Source: Podarcis liolepis | Lineage: Eukaryota | Strand: one strand, 5' to 3' | Assembly: GCA_965112155.1 (NCBI GenBank) | Contig: OZ218111.1 | DNA: 64,000 bases | In this document: positions 37,959 through 51,757 of the stretch, one piece after another | Layout of the letters: every line of letters starts with the position of its first letter | Position numbering within the stretch: position 1 is the stretch's first letter | The notes under the pieces: model-generated | The model's database searches: none | What the model was told of the DNA's origin: nothing | What the model saw: the letters and a program-made list of their open reading frames with translations, nothing else | Program-made: the position numbers and the translations under genes

Positions 37959-38727
37959 CACCAAGAGATCCAGTTCAGTGTGCAGGGTCATGTATATATA
38001 GTGTGATCCTACACATGTCTTCTCCGGTCAAAGTTCAATTGAGTCCGATTTGCAGCTGAAATCTTCCAAGCCAGTAGGTAGCATTCTTTTCCATAGATCC
38101 CTTCCATCCAGATACTGCCTAGTCCATAGCCCACTTAACTTTTAGCAAGGTTGCTTTGCCACATGACTTTAGGACAAATTGCTGTACCCAGTACTGAAGA
38201 ATCCAACTTTTTAGCTATGATACAGTTTGCATTCAACTGGCTGGCAAGGACTGCCTAGAAAAGCAAATACTCTGTTGAAATATAGGGCCAGTTTTCTTTC
38301 TCTCTGTCTGTCTCTGTCTCTGTCTCTCTCTCACACACACACACACACGATAAATAAAGTCAAAGCATCAGTCAATGACAACTGGAAGTACTTGCATAAT
38401 ATTTTTAGAGTAACTGTCACGTGTGTTAATCTAGTTAGCAAAAAAACTAACTGCAGACCCACAAAAAATTAAAGTATGGAAGATTTTTAGTACTATGTGC
38501 CAGAGCATCTAGGACCAGCATTAGCACTGGGAGTGAAAGGAGACAGTAAGGCAAATGGGAGGTAACAGTCACAGAAGCAGTGGGCACACTTCAGACTTCC
38601 AATCCAATTTCAAGACCCTGAATTCTTTTTTAATGAAGTGGGTGGCAATTCCATACACAAGCCAAGGGGATCCTTCAGTAGAATTTCAGGCATCCATTGA
38701 AGCCTTTGGGAAAAGGCTGGTTAGAAC

Positions 38728-38918
38728 AGGGAAGGGCTACAGCTCAGTGGTAGGGCATCCGCCTTGCATACCGAAGGTCCCAGGTGCAATCCCCAGCATC
38801 TCCAGGTAAGGCTGAGAGGGACGCCTACCCCAAACCCTGGAGAGCAGCTGCCAGTCAGTGTAGACAATACCAAGCTAGATGGGCCATTGGTCTGACTCAA
38901 GCAGCTTCCTATGTTCCT
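38728..38918 (+). mobile_element. tRNA(Ala-like)-derived SINE
   Basis: A box AGCTCAGTGG, B-box-like GGTGCAATCCC, tail cttcctatgttcct; reverse copies near 12816, 30917, 42278, 45085. Confidence 0.7.
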
Positions 38919-39768
38919 TACTTTGAACAAGCAAAGGCACCCATTAATTATCCAGCGGGGTGAAACAATAGCGAATGAGTTAATAACCACAGCAGAGGAA
39001 TGGAGAATGACTTCACACTGTGGTCTCTGCTTGGTTTGTCTACAAACAAGCCAAACAAACAGAAAGTGCACTGCACTGACTTTGCAGCTCCATTGTTTTC
39101 GCAACTTGCTCGGATGGAAGAGTCAGCTCTGCTCTAAATCCCCAATGAGGCACACGGCATCACGCCTAAACAAAGAAATAAAAACCAGCAGCCTTGCGGT
39201 GAAAGCCTTAGTCAGCATCTGATGTCAGCATGTTTGCATTTACAGCTGGAACTTACTAGCACATGTGCAATTCTGGCAACTTTTGTCATCTCCGGAAAGG
39301 GGCAAGATTTGACTTGCTTGAACTTGCACATGTCTGAAGCCATGCCGATCAGAAAGAACATGTCATACATGCACAGATTCTTCTATGCTCCACTCCCCGC
39401 ACCCCCAAAACAACCTATGGTCAAACTGTCATAAACATACAATCCTACAAGTCTATCCTGCCTTAGAAAACACAGGTAATGATCAAAATGGCAAACATAT
39501 GTAACTGGCTCTTCGCTAGTCACATGAACGACCAAATAACTTATTATGAAGCTGCCTTGCCCTGTTTTATTATTCCGCGTTTATTTAGAGCTTATTTACC
39601 CTGCTCCTCAGCCAAAAAGGCTCCCAGGATGCCATGTACAATCAGAACAAGACAGTACCTTCCTGCAAGTGTACAAAAAACCCAATGCACAACCGGAAAG
39701 GAGCAGGGAGGGAAGAAGGAAATAAAATTCAAACTCAATTTCTAAATAGTTGTTCCCATAATGACCAG

Positions 39769-40432
39769 TGTTGTAAATAAAAATATGCCCTCTTCCCTTA
39801 TGGGGTATCCAAGAGCCCATATAGAGTCCTTACATAGGTTCCCTATTGGTAGAAGAAAATAACAGAGGCCAACCAGAGAATATTGAGAAGCAAAGCAGCT
39901 AGTAAGCTTGATCTTTATTGATCTGTTGCAACAGGGTACTCCCCTCACACGCAGGAGAGGAAGAGGACCCAGAACAATGGCCTGCAAGGGCTTATAAAGA
40001 CTTTTGAAATTCCCATTCTCTAGATCAAGACCACCCCCAGAAACATTATGCATACATCACAGAAGGGGTGTAACCTAAGACCACCCCTCAGATACATCCC
40101 ACCTACATCACAGAAATTTAAATGTTGTTTTTCTCTTCTCCTTGTTTATCTCCTGTCTAGCAGGTTACTTGATTGGATTTTCTGGGGAGCCTGGCCATTC
40201 TTTTGTAATGCTAAAATACTTATTTCCTGGGCCAGGTCACAGGCTCACACCTTATTCAAACACAGATTAAAGGAAGAGACAATGGGGAGGCTTTTCCATT
40301 TTTAACCTTGCAGAGAAAGGATTTGGTCAGTTTAGGAATCAAAATGGTTCCAGGTTGGCCTTCCTGTACTGATCTATGTATGTGCAGTTATGAACATTAC
40401 TATATATCTAAAACCATAAAATTCCTATCACA
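39769..40432 (-). mobile_element. Solo LTR, 664 bp
   Basis: TG...CA termini, 4-bp TSD CCAG; TATAA ~39992-39996 and AATAAA 39914-39919 on minus; U3 direct repeats. Confidence 0.8.
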
Positions 40433-40876
40433 CCAGCTGGCAGGAGAGGCCTGGTAGAGTTGCACCTCCAGCAAAGCCGATGAAATGAGCCTTGTTTGCT
40501 ATCTCTTCCACCGAAGTAACTCTGCTGGAATGGCTGCCCCCAGATGGCAGCTGAGGGAGAGGAAGCCTCGTGCAGCCGGCCTGTCACACCAGAGCTGATG
40601 GAGGGAGGTCTGTGTTTCACCTGTTTAAGCCAAAGGTCCATCGAACACAATGCCTACACTGGGTGGGAGCAACACACAGTGTAGAGTCTATGAATCTAGG
40701 ACAGAGATGGGGAATCTGTGGCCTTCCTGGTGTTGCTAAGACTACAGCTCCCATCCACGCTGACCCCTGACCACGCTGGTTAGGGCTGATGGGAGTTGTA
40801 GGACAGGTGGAGATCCCCATCCCTGATATAGTAACATAAGCTGCAGACTTATTCCAAGTCACACCAGTGGTCTACC

Positions 40877-41315
40877 TGTCAAGAGTTCAGCGTACACTCG
40901 AGTAGGACCCTAGCAGAGACACATGCCGGACTGGAATGTTCCCTCCCTCCTGGTCGATCGTTTGGGAGCTTCATAAGCTTTCTTCAGCCCGGACATCACA
41001 GCAACCGATGCCAACAGACACCGACACACTTAGGGATCCGCAGAGTTTGCGCATCTTGCGTGACAGACCTCAGCAACTCAGCATTTTGGCTAATCTACTT
41101 TATTTACATACAAACACACACAGAGCACTCCAACATGGCTCCCTCTGTCTCTAGCATCAGACAGCAAAGAGGAAAATGAACAAAGGACAATTGTCCCACT
41201 TCACGGAACACAGTAACATAAACATCCTGTCTCTGTCCCATCCCACTCAGTCAATACACCAGCAGGTGATAGACAAAAATCCCATGACTGAAATCATGGA
41301 GCAGGAATTCTAACA
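40877..41315 (-). mobile_element. Solo LTR, 439 bp
   Basis: TGT...ACA termini, 5-bp TSD CTACC, AATAAA on minus at 41099-41104; splits a SINE. Confidence 0.8.
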
Positions 41316-42636
41316 CTACCTAGTTCAGCACTATCTGCACATCAAGCAGTGGCTCTCCAGAATTTCTAAGAAGAGTCTTGCCCAACCACACCAAGAGATG
41401 CTGGGGACTGAATCTGAGGGCTCTGGCATGCAAACGACCCACTGAGCTACAGCCCTTCCCTACACCATGTTGTAAACTCATTCTGAGAAGGGACTAACCC
41501 TTTACATCTTTCAACCATCACAACCCTACAACAGGAAAAACAGCCCAGAGGGCAAATGTTCAGGACATCTTCTCAACTGTAAAAACGGCAACAACAAGAA
41601 GCCTTGTTCTACCAGAAGAAGGGTGTCACACACTCTTGCCTTTTCAAAAATCCTCCCCAAACCAGGCTGTATTGCTCTCCACTCAAAATGCATTTATAGA
41701 GATTCCTTGTGATATAACTTTTGCTGCATAAACCATGACACTGACACCTGAAGGGGTGTTTGGACTGAATCCAAGGCATCAGCTATGAATTGTTTCTAAA
41801 GCCTGAAGATGTTGTACCAAATACATCTAGCACAAAGGAAGAGCTTCCACCAAAACGAACTCCTCTTGGAAAAGAAAGGTTGAAATGTTTTATGGGACTA
41901 AACATGTAGCAGTTAAAGACTTCTCTCTCTTTTTTTTTTACAGGCAGAGGAAGGTTTTGTTCTGAAGGAACAAAAACAGTCTCATTGTTAAGCAAATTAG
42001 CATGTCAGCATTAACGTCCTTACCACTTGCCAAAAATAATGCTAGAATTCTTAAAACATGTCACACGTTTGTATGCTCTGCTTGTTTTATGTCTTGCCTA
42101 AAAGCAAAATCTAGGCTCTGAGTAGTGTTATTTAATCATAGGTTCAGTAGCACTTTTAAGTAAAATGTGCGCATTCCTTAGATCCCAGAATTCCAAGCTC
42201 TTATCATGCTGTGCCTACACTCTTTCCAACTGGATTTCTTTTTTTTACTAGCTGAATACTTTCCCTTAGCATGGAACACGGGAACATAGGAAACTGCCTT
42301 ATACTAAATCAGACCATTGGTGCAACCAGCTCAGTACTGTTCTGGAGTCTAGACTGACTGGCAACTGCCAGGGTTTCGGATGGGGGACAGTCCCACCCGT
42401 ACCTGAGATTCCAGGGGACTGAACCTGGGACCTTCTGCAATGAAGGGAGGTGCTATGACCCTTCTCCAAAGCATATCTGTTCTGTGCAAAGGAGCCATGA
42501 CAAGCAAAAGCTCCAGCTCCTTCCCAACAGAACATTCAAAATTTTAGCAATCCTCATGTGTTCCCACTGTAGCTAGAAAGACTGCTTCCTAAAATAATAA
42601 TTTGTTTTACAAATGAAGAAAGATCATGAGGCTTAC

Positions 42637-42751
42637 CTTGCGAAAGGCACTGGTTTGCCAAAGCAATCTGTCCAGAGTGCAGGTAAAGATTGAGACGAGA
42701 AAATATGCTTGTCAAAGATGGAATTGTAATGAAGCAGAAGGCAACGCAAGC
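42637..42751 (-). CDS. VPS35L: VPS35L exon ([38 protein letters not shown])
   Basis: GT-AG, 115 nt, phase 0->1. Confidence 0.95.
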
Positions 42752-43024
42752 CTTAAAAAAAACACGTAAGAAGAGTTTTCAAAGACTATTCTGAACGTGT
42801 CTTGAATCAGAGGTTTGGGGAATCGTGGCCCTCCAGGTCTTGCTGGGTGCCAAATCCCATCACCCCCACTTAAAATGACTAAAGCGTACTCAGAAATAGT
42901 GGGAGCATAAGTACAACCAGCCCCCTCCCTCGGGCTAAACCATGGTTTAGCGCTCTGGCCAAAACAGACCATAGTTCATACAGAAAAAATAAGGATGAAG
43001 AATTCCTTCAGTTTTCACACCTAC

Positions 43025-43102
43025 CCTGACAAATGCAGCCGTTTTTCTGGAATGATTCCCTTTCATCACTTTTCGCGTTTCCATCGCCAGCTGGTTCACA
43101 CT
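43025..43102 (-). CDS. VPS35L: VPS35L exon ([26 protein letters not shown])
   Basis: GT-AG, 78 nt; A-rich acceptor. Confidence 0.95.
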
Positions 43103-43910
43103 CTGTTTTTAAAAGATTATGTTACTTACAGAAGCAACTCTGCAACTCAAACAATTCAATGAGTTCTCCAGCAGAAGTCAATGGAACTAAATAAATTACA
43201 AATATTCTTGTTTAACTGATATGAAATACAAGCTTCAGGGAAAATGAAAGAGCATACAGCTATAATGATGTGCAAGGAGGGTTGTGCATACTATGTGCAA
43301 CAAGACCAAAACCCCACAAATTTGCCTGAGTTCAAGGGCACATTCCATTCAGGTGAAAACACTTCCAGAGCAAAGCAGGGCAAGTGAAGGAATGTTGCCT
43401 GGGGAGAAGAGGTGTGAGCTGGGAAGGGTTACAAGGGTCAGAAAAAAATGGCTGGGGGAGTGTGCTTTTGGCCCCTGAAATTGAAGTCCTCCACCCATGA
43501 CTTAGGGACAAGAATGCCACCTTTAAAAATTCAAAACTAGATGCTGTGCTAGTTTAGTGCCCAGGAGCAATCAGTTTAGACTGAGGAAAAGTATATTTCA
43601 AATACTGTTTTTCCTACATGAAAGCAGGAAAGAGAAACACTGAAAATGAAGGCGGCAACTCAGAATATTCCCCACTAATGAGCTATCAGCTCATACGACT
43701 TTGCGCTTTTCAATTTGCAGGATGAATTCACCAGCAACATGCCAAATATCAATATAAAACATGATGTACGAATGCAAATTCTCTGCTGTTAAAATGCCAA
43801 CAAAATTGACCTTGCTCTGTAATGAAATGCAAGGAATGACGGAATGCAGCAGGAAAAAATAGCTCACACAGCTCCTGAAGTCCTATTTCAACTTAAGAAA
43901 GTATGCTCAC

Positions 43911-44009
43911 ATGAATCAGCTGGACGAGAACAGGTTCCAAATTGCAAAACATTGATCTGGCTTCAACATAAAAACTCAGCTGCTGCTCAAAGTCACGGCC
44001 AAATGAAAC
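43911..44009 (-). CDS. VPS35L: VPS35L exon ([33 protein letters not shown])
   Basis: GT-AG, 99 nt. Confidence 0.95.
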
Positions 44010-44557
44010 CTGGATTTAAAAGATTCACAAAGTCATTTCTTATACAGGACTCTGGCATCCAGTTACCCATTCTTTCCATCTCATTTGCTGCAGTGCAGCG
44101 CTAACTCTTCCATGCAGTATTTACCGAGCAATGTGGTTCATATCACATCCTTTTTTTCTTTCACTTTGTTTGACAGAACCTTTAGGAACACACAACTTTC
44201 TGATGCAATGGGGGCAAAACAGCAGCCCCACTGGATCAGAGCAAGAGGTCTATGTCACTCAGCACGCCTCCCCCGCCCCCCAGTGTAAAGCCAGATGCTG
44301 CTGTGAAATTCACAAGCATAATTACAAAGGCAAGCCCTGCTGTGCATCTTCTAGCATCCCGAGGTAGACTGCATCTGGCCATGGAAGGTTTAATTTAGGT
44401 GTCATAATTAAAAGCTGAGGGCCAAACTACACATTACATCAGATATACTGTGCTTTCTTTTAAGCACACACACACTGCCAAAGCCAAGAACTAGCAGCCA
44501 GTTAAAAGCACAATTAAAATGCAGATTAAAACTCTGACCAGCCCAGCAGATACTCAC

Positions 44558-44621
44558 CATTCTCAAAAATCCATTTATCAAAGAGGCTAGCATTCGTTTT
44601 TCGTCTTCTAGTGTCAGCGCA
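44558..44621 (-). CDS. VPS35L: VPS35L exon (ALTLEDEKRMLASLINGFLRM)
   Basis: GT-AG, 64 nt, phase 2->0. Confidence 0.95.
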
Positions 44622-45255
44622 CTACAAAAAAGCATCAATATTTAAGAAACCCAATTGATGCTACATTATTATTATTATTCATTTCCTTTCTATACTGCTT
44701 TATATTTTTACGAAAAACCTCAAATCGGTTTATAGCATAAACATGAGAAATGAGCCCTGTTGAATTCAGTGCGGCTTACCCCAGGGTAGGGATGGGGGAG
44801 GAATCTGAACAACTCTGATTTCAAAGCAGATTCACCTGAGCAGATCTGGACAGATCATGACCTGGGGAGAATCCCGAGAACCAAACAAAAGAGGCTGGGA
44901 GGGGCACTTTTGACTCCCTGGCTTGAGGTTCCCGACCCCTGAACTACAGCATGCCAAAAGATGTCTGTAGAACAGAAAAGTCACACAAGCAATGTTTGAA
45001 ATGCCCCAGTCCTCAAACGCCTGCTTCACTTGACTTGCAGTCAGGATGGTGTCTTTCTACCTTGCTACCAAGTCCCATTTATCACAGGCAACTAGGAAGC
45101 TGCTCTATACCATTGGGTTCCTCTAGCTTCGTATGGCCAACGCTAAGTTGGCAATGGATCTCCAAACTTTCAGACAGGAGGTTTTTCCTATCCCTACCCG
45201 GAGATGCCTAGAATGAAACATGGAACCTTTTCCATGCCATTAATGTGTCCCCCCC

Positions 45256-45299
<44 letters not shown>

Positions 45300-46494
45300 A
45301 TGATAACAAGAAGAGGTTTAATACTTGTGCAGATCATGAACCAAAACGAGATCAGCAAGTGCAGCAAATTGTGCAACTCTCAATGATTTGCAAACTATGT
45401 TTTTACTTCTTTTAAATTTCACTGCATTGTGAACCAGGGAAAGTGGGAATAAATCTCTAGAATTGTAGAGTTGGAAGGGACCATAAGGGCCATCGAGTCC
45501 CAACCCTCTGCAATGCAGGAATCTTTTGCCCAATGTGGGGCTTGAGACCACCACCCTAAGTTTGCCAACTAAGCTATCCAACATCTACTGTGGGACAAAA
45601 CTGTTTTGGAAAATAGTTTGAATCCACCCTGTAACAGTGAGCAGTCATTGTTTGCAAATTACCAATTCCAAAATTAATTTAGGATAGGGCCGTAGAACAC
45701 AACAAATGTAAACATCTGCACAGCAAAAGTAGCGCATCATGGTGTGATACACTGGGCGAAAACAATAGCCATAAACTGCTGGGATATTGGTGGGGGGTGG
45801 AGGGTAGCAAATTCAGTTTCATATCATTAGCATTTAATTTGGTTACCAAATGGGGAGGTAATAAAACCATACACATTCTGATGAAAACGAACCACACTCA
45901 ATTACAATTAAGTAATCCAGTTTAATCCTGGGCATGCCAGTCCCTGGTGTACCATTTTGCAATTCTCCTAGTGCAGACACCAGATGGGAACAGAGTAATT
46001 GCTCTGGAATACAAATTCAATTGGAAGGGAAGAGTGAACCTTCACCATGATTAGCTCATTAGGGTTTCGCCATCCAATACAGGCATAACAAGAAACTGAT
46101 GGATGGTTTGGAAGATGCGTGGAAGGGAGCACCGGGTCCCCAATAAAAATTGCTAATTTAAAAACATGACCGCAAAGCAGCTGTTTAAATGACACACACA
46201 GTGCTTTAGCTTGAGTAGAGCCCAAGCAGGAAAATGGCATTATCTAGTTCAACTTTTTAATCTAAAACACACTTTAACATTTGGGACTGCAATGCAAATG
46301 TTACAAGCACCTTACAAGCACCAACAACTCTGTAAGGCAAATCTGTATTATCACTCCATATAGTAGACAGGGGGACTGAAGCTGGCTACTGTGAAAATAG
46401 GGTGCTGGACTAGATTGGTTATTGGCCTGATCCAGTAGGCTCTGTTTGTGCTCTTGTGAGAGAGTGCAGCCTGTCTAAGGCCACCTAGCAAGCT

Positions 46495-46707
46495 CAGAGG
46501 GCCTTCTTGGTAGTGGCACCCACCTTGTGGAATGCCCTCCCATCAGATGTCAAGGAAATAAACAACTATCTGATTTTTAGAAAGCATCTGAAGGCAGCCC
46601 TGTTTAGGGAAGTTTTTAATGTTTGATGTATTTATCATATTTTTAATATTCTGTTGGGAGCAGACCAGAGTGGCTGGGGAAACCCAGCCAGATGGGTGGG
46701 GTATGAA

Positions 46708-46749
<42 letters not shown>
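46495..46749 (+). mobile_element. L2 3' end with (TAT)n tail
   Basis: gggccttcttggtagtggcaccc..tggaatgccctccc; tail 46709-46749. Confidence 0.75.
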
Positions 46750-49088
46750 GCCAGAGGTGACATTCAAACCAGGGACTTCCCAATTTGCAGCACAGGTCAC
46801 ATCCACAGCATACATTTCAAGCACTCTTCTAGGGTTATAACAATCATGGCTTCCTCTAAAGAATCCTGGGAACTGTGGTTTGTTAAAGGTGGCTCTGTGA
46901 GTGGTAGACTACAGTTGCCAAGATTCTTTGGGATAAGTCATTACTCTTACATTTGCTTTAAATGCAGGATTTGGATGTGACCTTTTCCATAGTCACTATT
47001 TTTGCAAAGCTTTGCAATGCAGCTCCTTTTGTAAAGGCTGCGCAATCCAGTTGATGCAGGCTCTTACAGATGTTGCAGAATTATTTCAGAAACAAAGCAA
47101 GATTTAAGGAAAAAACTGTTTGGCGTTTGAATCCAACCAAGTTTCACTCTGAGTAAACCTCTTGAAATTGGTGGGTGCAAGTATGTCTTGTCCATTAATT
47201 TCAAGGGATCCAATCTGAGTAGCGCTAACAGTAAGCACAACCCAGTATTGTTACGAGTGCATTTGCTAGAACTTACTGCCCTGGTAACTGAGACCAGATT
47301 AACACCTGTACCAGAAGCAGTGCTTATGAACAATTTCAACAACTGATAGTCCAGGGCAATTATGTTATTACTCCAGAACTTACTAATGATAGCAAGAATT
47401 ATATGGATTCAGCACTAAAAAGTTAGTTCCATTCCTGCAATTAAGGAGTAGATGACCAAGAAATAGAAATCAAAAGGTTGTTACTGTATGCCAAAGAAAT
47501 AGGCTGCATATTGAGATCCCTTTAGTCCAAAAATCATGTTTTCTGTTTATAGGAACAAGATTTATAGACGTGGAAAATCATTTGTTTTTTAATGTGCTTT
47601 GTTTATTTATTTTAAAAAGTCAATTTCTGCCTATTAGATAAAAGGACTAAGGAAGCAAAGATGATGCCGGAAACAATTAAGATTTTGTTCTCAGCAACAC
47701 CACCGACCTCCTGTATTGATCTCATCACAGTGTCACACAGCAGTTTTGAATCTGGTGGCACTGTAGAGTAGCAGGAAATGCAAGTTTCTTTTGCATCTCC
47801 CTTGCCCATAAGTCCCACATGTTTCCAGGTAGGACTGGGAATGTCCTTCAGCTTAGCTTAGCTCAGTAAAAAAAAGTCTCTTCTCTGAAAGCCCACACAT
47901 TTGCACATTTGCTATGATACGTAAACCAGGATCAGGGCAAATCCTGCAATTGTGACCAAATAATGGAAGGGAAATTAGCATGGCTGACATTTGAATGCAA
48001 ATCTCTTAACTGGCACTTCTCAGACTAATGTGGCTATCTCTGAAGTTTGCACTTCTTCTAGCGTTGTGAAACAGTTCAATAGTGCATGTGCATAAAAGCA
48101 CAAAAATGCATGTATTCATGAAAATAATTTGCAAAAATCCACCACGCTAGAGAATAAATTGCTGACAAAAACAGGGATACCGTGGGAAATGCACACATAA
48201 ATGCATGTGGGTTTTTGAGCAGGCCTTTAAATCCTTTTTGCAAAGCTGATGCAGATACGGAGGAAATGTGAACTTAAGATCAGAAGAATGAGAAACTCAG
48301 AGGAAGCAAGACCAAGATCCGTAGATCTTGTGAGTAATCTTCCCTCCTTGCCTGGCATTAAAAGGCATCTATCAAAATGCGCCTCCCTCCTGCCCACTGA
48401 AGCAGGCAACCAGCTGAGCACAGAGACTGCCCAGGCACCACAAAGAAAGAAAATGCAGAAATGACATTTCTATGTTTTCTTCCTGTAAGTTCATAGCATC
48501 CTTTTGGCACTAAGTATCAGAGGAGCAGCTTTTTGCTGGAAGAAGAGTACAAAGGTGTATCTAACAGGAGAGAGTACGCATTTCAAAATGGCAAAAAAAA
48601 AAAGCATTTTAATGTGTTCTGTTATTTACTTCTGATATTTGTTTGTTTTTAAAATACTTGTCGGGTATAAGCATACCATATCAATATTGTATTGTTCACT
48701 GGAGTTGCAAGTGCTTTTTGGAGAGGCACTTTAACTGACACCTGCATCTCACAAAAGCATGTCATTTTGTTTATCCCTTTTGACACTCTTAACATTTATT
48801 CCCTGCAGCCTCCCTCTTGCTCCACCCACAACCCATTTGTTAAGCTGTGAAGTCACCAGCACATCCCAGATCATCTTCTCTTTGTTTTGAATTTAGAACA
48901 AAGCAACGTTTTAAGGGGCAAGCAGACCAGTGCTGGTATTTTGTTTTCCTGCACACAGCCCTGAATAAAAGCAGCATATGGAAAAACAGTTCTCCAACCC
49001 AGAAGCCTTGGCCTCAGAACTGATCACAACAACAACAACCACCGTTTAAAATGAAATTCATTATAGGGAGACAGCGAAAAAACCTTAC

Positions 49089-49169
49089 TTCACAGAATCG
49101 TGCATTGTCTTGCACACATGCAGAAGGGCATTGAGGATGACAGGGTCCTTGGTCGGCTCCAGTTGGTGC
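49089..49169 (-). CDS. VPS35L: VPS35L exon ([27 protein letters not shown])
   Basis: GT-AG, 81 nt, phase 2->2. Confidence 0.95.
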
Positions 49170-49289
49170 CTAAACAACACGTTCGGAAAAACAAGAATGA
49201 AAAATATGATTAGCAGTAAGGTTGAAGCTGTGGTCGTTTAACATGGGTTACGCAAAATCAGATTGGGGAAGGGGGAGGAAGCATATACA

Positions 49290-49603
49290 CTTAAGCCCCA
49301 TCAGCACTGTGCATTTAAAGCAGTATCACACTACTTTAAACAGCCATGGCTTTCCCCCAAAGAATCCTGGGAACTGTAGTTTGTTAAGGGTACTAAGAGT
49401 TGTTAGAAGACCCCTATTCTACTCACAGAGCTACAGTTCCCAAATTGGTTTAACAATCAATCCTTCTTCCCAGGGAACTGTTAGCTCTGTGAGCGGAATA
49501 AGGTCTACTAACAACTCTTTGCACCCTTAGCAAACTACAGTTCCCAGGATGGGGGTGGGAAGCCACAAATGCTGCTTTAAAATGCACAGTGCAGACAGGG
49601 CCT
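49290..49603. mobile_element. Palindromic MITE (aagaatcctgggaactgtag family)
   Basis: Long internal inverted arms; relatives near 1535, 46790, 54895. Confidence 0.65.
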
Positions 49604-49891
49604 TACTTCTGAGTTATGTGTGAACAGCTCAGCACCTTGTGCTACTTACTGCTGTGGTGAAGTCATTGCAAAGTGATTCTAACACATACATTTTTATTGG
49701 GGGGGGGTATGGTGAATATTGAAAAAGGCATTTAACAACTCGGAACCAGTTCAGAACAGTGAGCTTCCTTCTCGGGATAAACTGCTAGACCATGCCAGAA
49801 AAAAGAATGTAAGTGAAATGTTCCCCATGCAAAGCTGAAGTGACAAAAATAATCATGTGGTAATGCCAACCATGTCTTGCAAACTCTCCAA

Positions 49892-50511
49892 AACTACTTT
49901 AAGGACAACGACGTTGGCAACATAACAACCCCCATCCTCTGGGACACAATGAAAGTGGTCACCAGAGGAGCCTGCATAAAGGAGAGGTCATCCTTTAAAA
50001 AACACAACCTCCTCAAAAATTGGTAAATTAGAACAAGACATACAACCCTCTCATCACACTATAAACAAACAGGAGCCAAAAAAACTCCTTAAAACTCAAA
50101 GAACAAAAAAGAAGGGAAACTGACTCTCTAAAAATCAATAAAACAATGATTAACATCCTATACTCTAAACAATGCTTTTACGAATATGGAGGGAAGAACT
50201 CCAGGCTATTAGCAAACAAATGCAGTTGGGGGGGCACTCAAAACAGAATACACTGTGTCACTAAAAAAAGACAGTAACATAACATCCTCCACCAAAGAAA
50301 TAACCTCAGAATTTGCTGAATTTTACGCCAATCTATACATCTCCCGCAACCCACCTGCACAGGAAACCAGAAGATTCCTAACAGGGCTGACCATGCCAAC
50401 CTTAACTGCAGAGGAACAAGAATTCATGGACAGCCCTATCGCCCCAAAGGAAATAGAGGCAGTACTCAAAAACCTGAAACCACACAAAGCCCCAGGCCCA
50501 GATGGATATAT
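49892..50511 (+). mobile_element. L1-clade ORF2 fragment (region before the RT)
   Basis: LWDTMKVVTRG; FAEFYANLY; EIEAVLKNLKPHKAPGPDGY (Z-domain motif); frameshifted. Confidence 0.85.
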
Positions 50512-50976
50512 GGCACTTTGACATTCAGCAACACACAGGAAGTTCTGCATCCAGTGCCTTCTGCTCCCTAGAAGCTGCAGGAACACTTAGCATGGTAATT
50601 AGCGGTTCTTTCCATCTACGCGGCTTATGCTTTCCTGCTGTGTAAAAGGTCTTGTCATAGAAAATAAGCATTCACTTGAAGTGCTCTTTGATTATAGGGC
50701 ATTAAAAGCTCTATACTCTATTTACTGCACAGCAAAGGTGTGACGAATGAACAAAAGAGCTCCGTAGCTCTCTCGCACAACTCCTGATCTGGGGGAACAA
50801 AAGTACAATGGAGCCACTGCCATACAAGAGTTTGCCTTAGGACTGGGGTCACCATGGAGCAGACTTACCTGACGCTTTCAACCCCTTGATCTTAAAATGG
50901 TGGACTTGGACTCACTATGGGATCACAATCTGGGTCTAGCGTGGGTCACCACAGCACTACAACCACCAAACAAATA

Positions 50977-51218
50977 CAGTGGTACCTCTGGCTAAGTACT
51001 TAATTCGTTCTGGAGGTCCGTTCTTAACCTGAAACTGTTCTTAACCTGAAGCACCACTTTAGGTAATGGGGCCTCCCACTGCCGCCGCGCCGCCGGAGCA
51101 CAATTTCTGTTCTCATCCTGAAGCAAACTTTTTAATCTGAGGTACTATTTCTGGGTTAGCGGAGTCTGTAACCTGAAGCGTATGTAACCTGAAGCATATG
51201 TAACCCGAGGTAACACTG
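50977..51218. mobile_element. Tc1/mariner-type MITE
   Basis: CAGTGGTACCTC / GAGGTAACACTG, TA TSD. Confidence 0.85.
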
Positions 51219-51295
51219 TATACGGTTGTTGTTTTTTTAATGTATGCGGTAAAAATACATGTGTGGGCTAAAAGTGGGTCTAAACTACTGTTTGG

Positions 51296-51757
51296 GACTG
51301 CAACTTACCTACGGGACCGCCTCTCCTGGTATGCCCCACAGAGAAACTTACGGTCTTCAAATAAAAACATCTTGAAGGTCCCAGGCCACAGAGAAGTTAG
51401 GCTGGCCTCAACTAGAGCCAGGGCTTTTTCGGCCGTGGCTCCGATCTGGTGGAACACTCTGTCACAAGAGACCAGGGCCCTGCGGGACTTGACATCTTTC
51501 CGCAGGGCCTGCAAGACAGAGCTGTTCCACCAGGCCTTTGGCCAGGGGACAGCCTGACTCCCTCCTTTGGCAATCTTCGCGGAGCTCTGGCCCAATGGTT
51601 GCCAGTGGCTTGAATTAATTAATTTTATAATGAATGATTTTAGAGTGTTGTTTGTCCTGTACTTTTGTACTGTTTTATTGTTGTTAGCCGCCCTGAGCCC
51701 GGCTTCGGCTGGGGAGGGTGGGATATAAATAAAATTTATTATTATTATTATTATTAT
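51296..51757 (+). mobile_element. L2 LINE 3' end
   Basis: YLRDRL..RNLRSS..RAFSAVAPIWWNTL..FRRACKTELFHQAF; (TTA)n tail. Confidence 0.85.

Noticed and set aside
1675-51218. All four CAGTGGTACCTC MITEs share orientation
   Set aside because: One-in-eight chance event, and they differ in orientation relative to their host genes.
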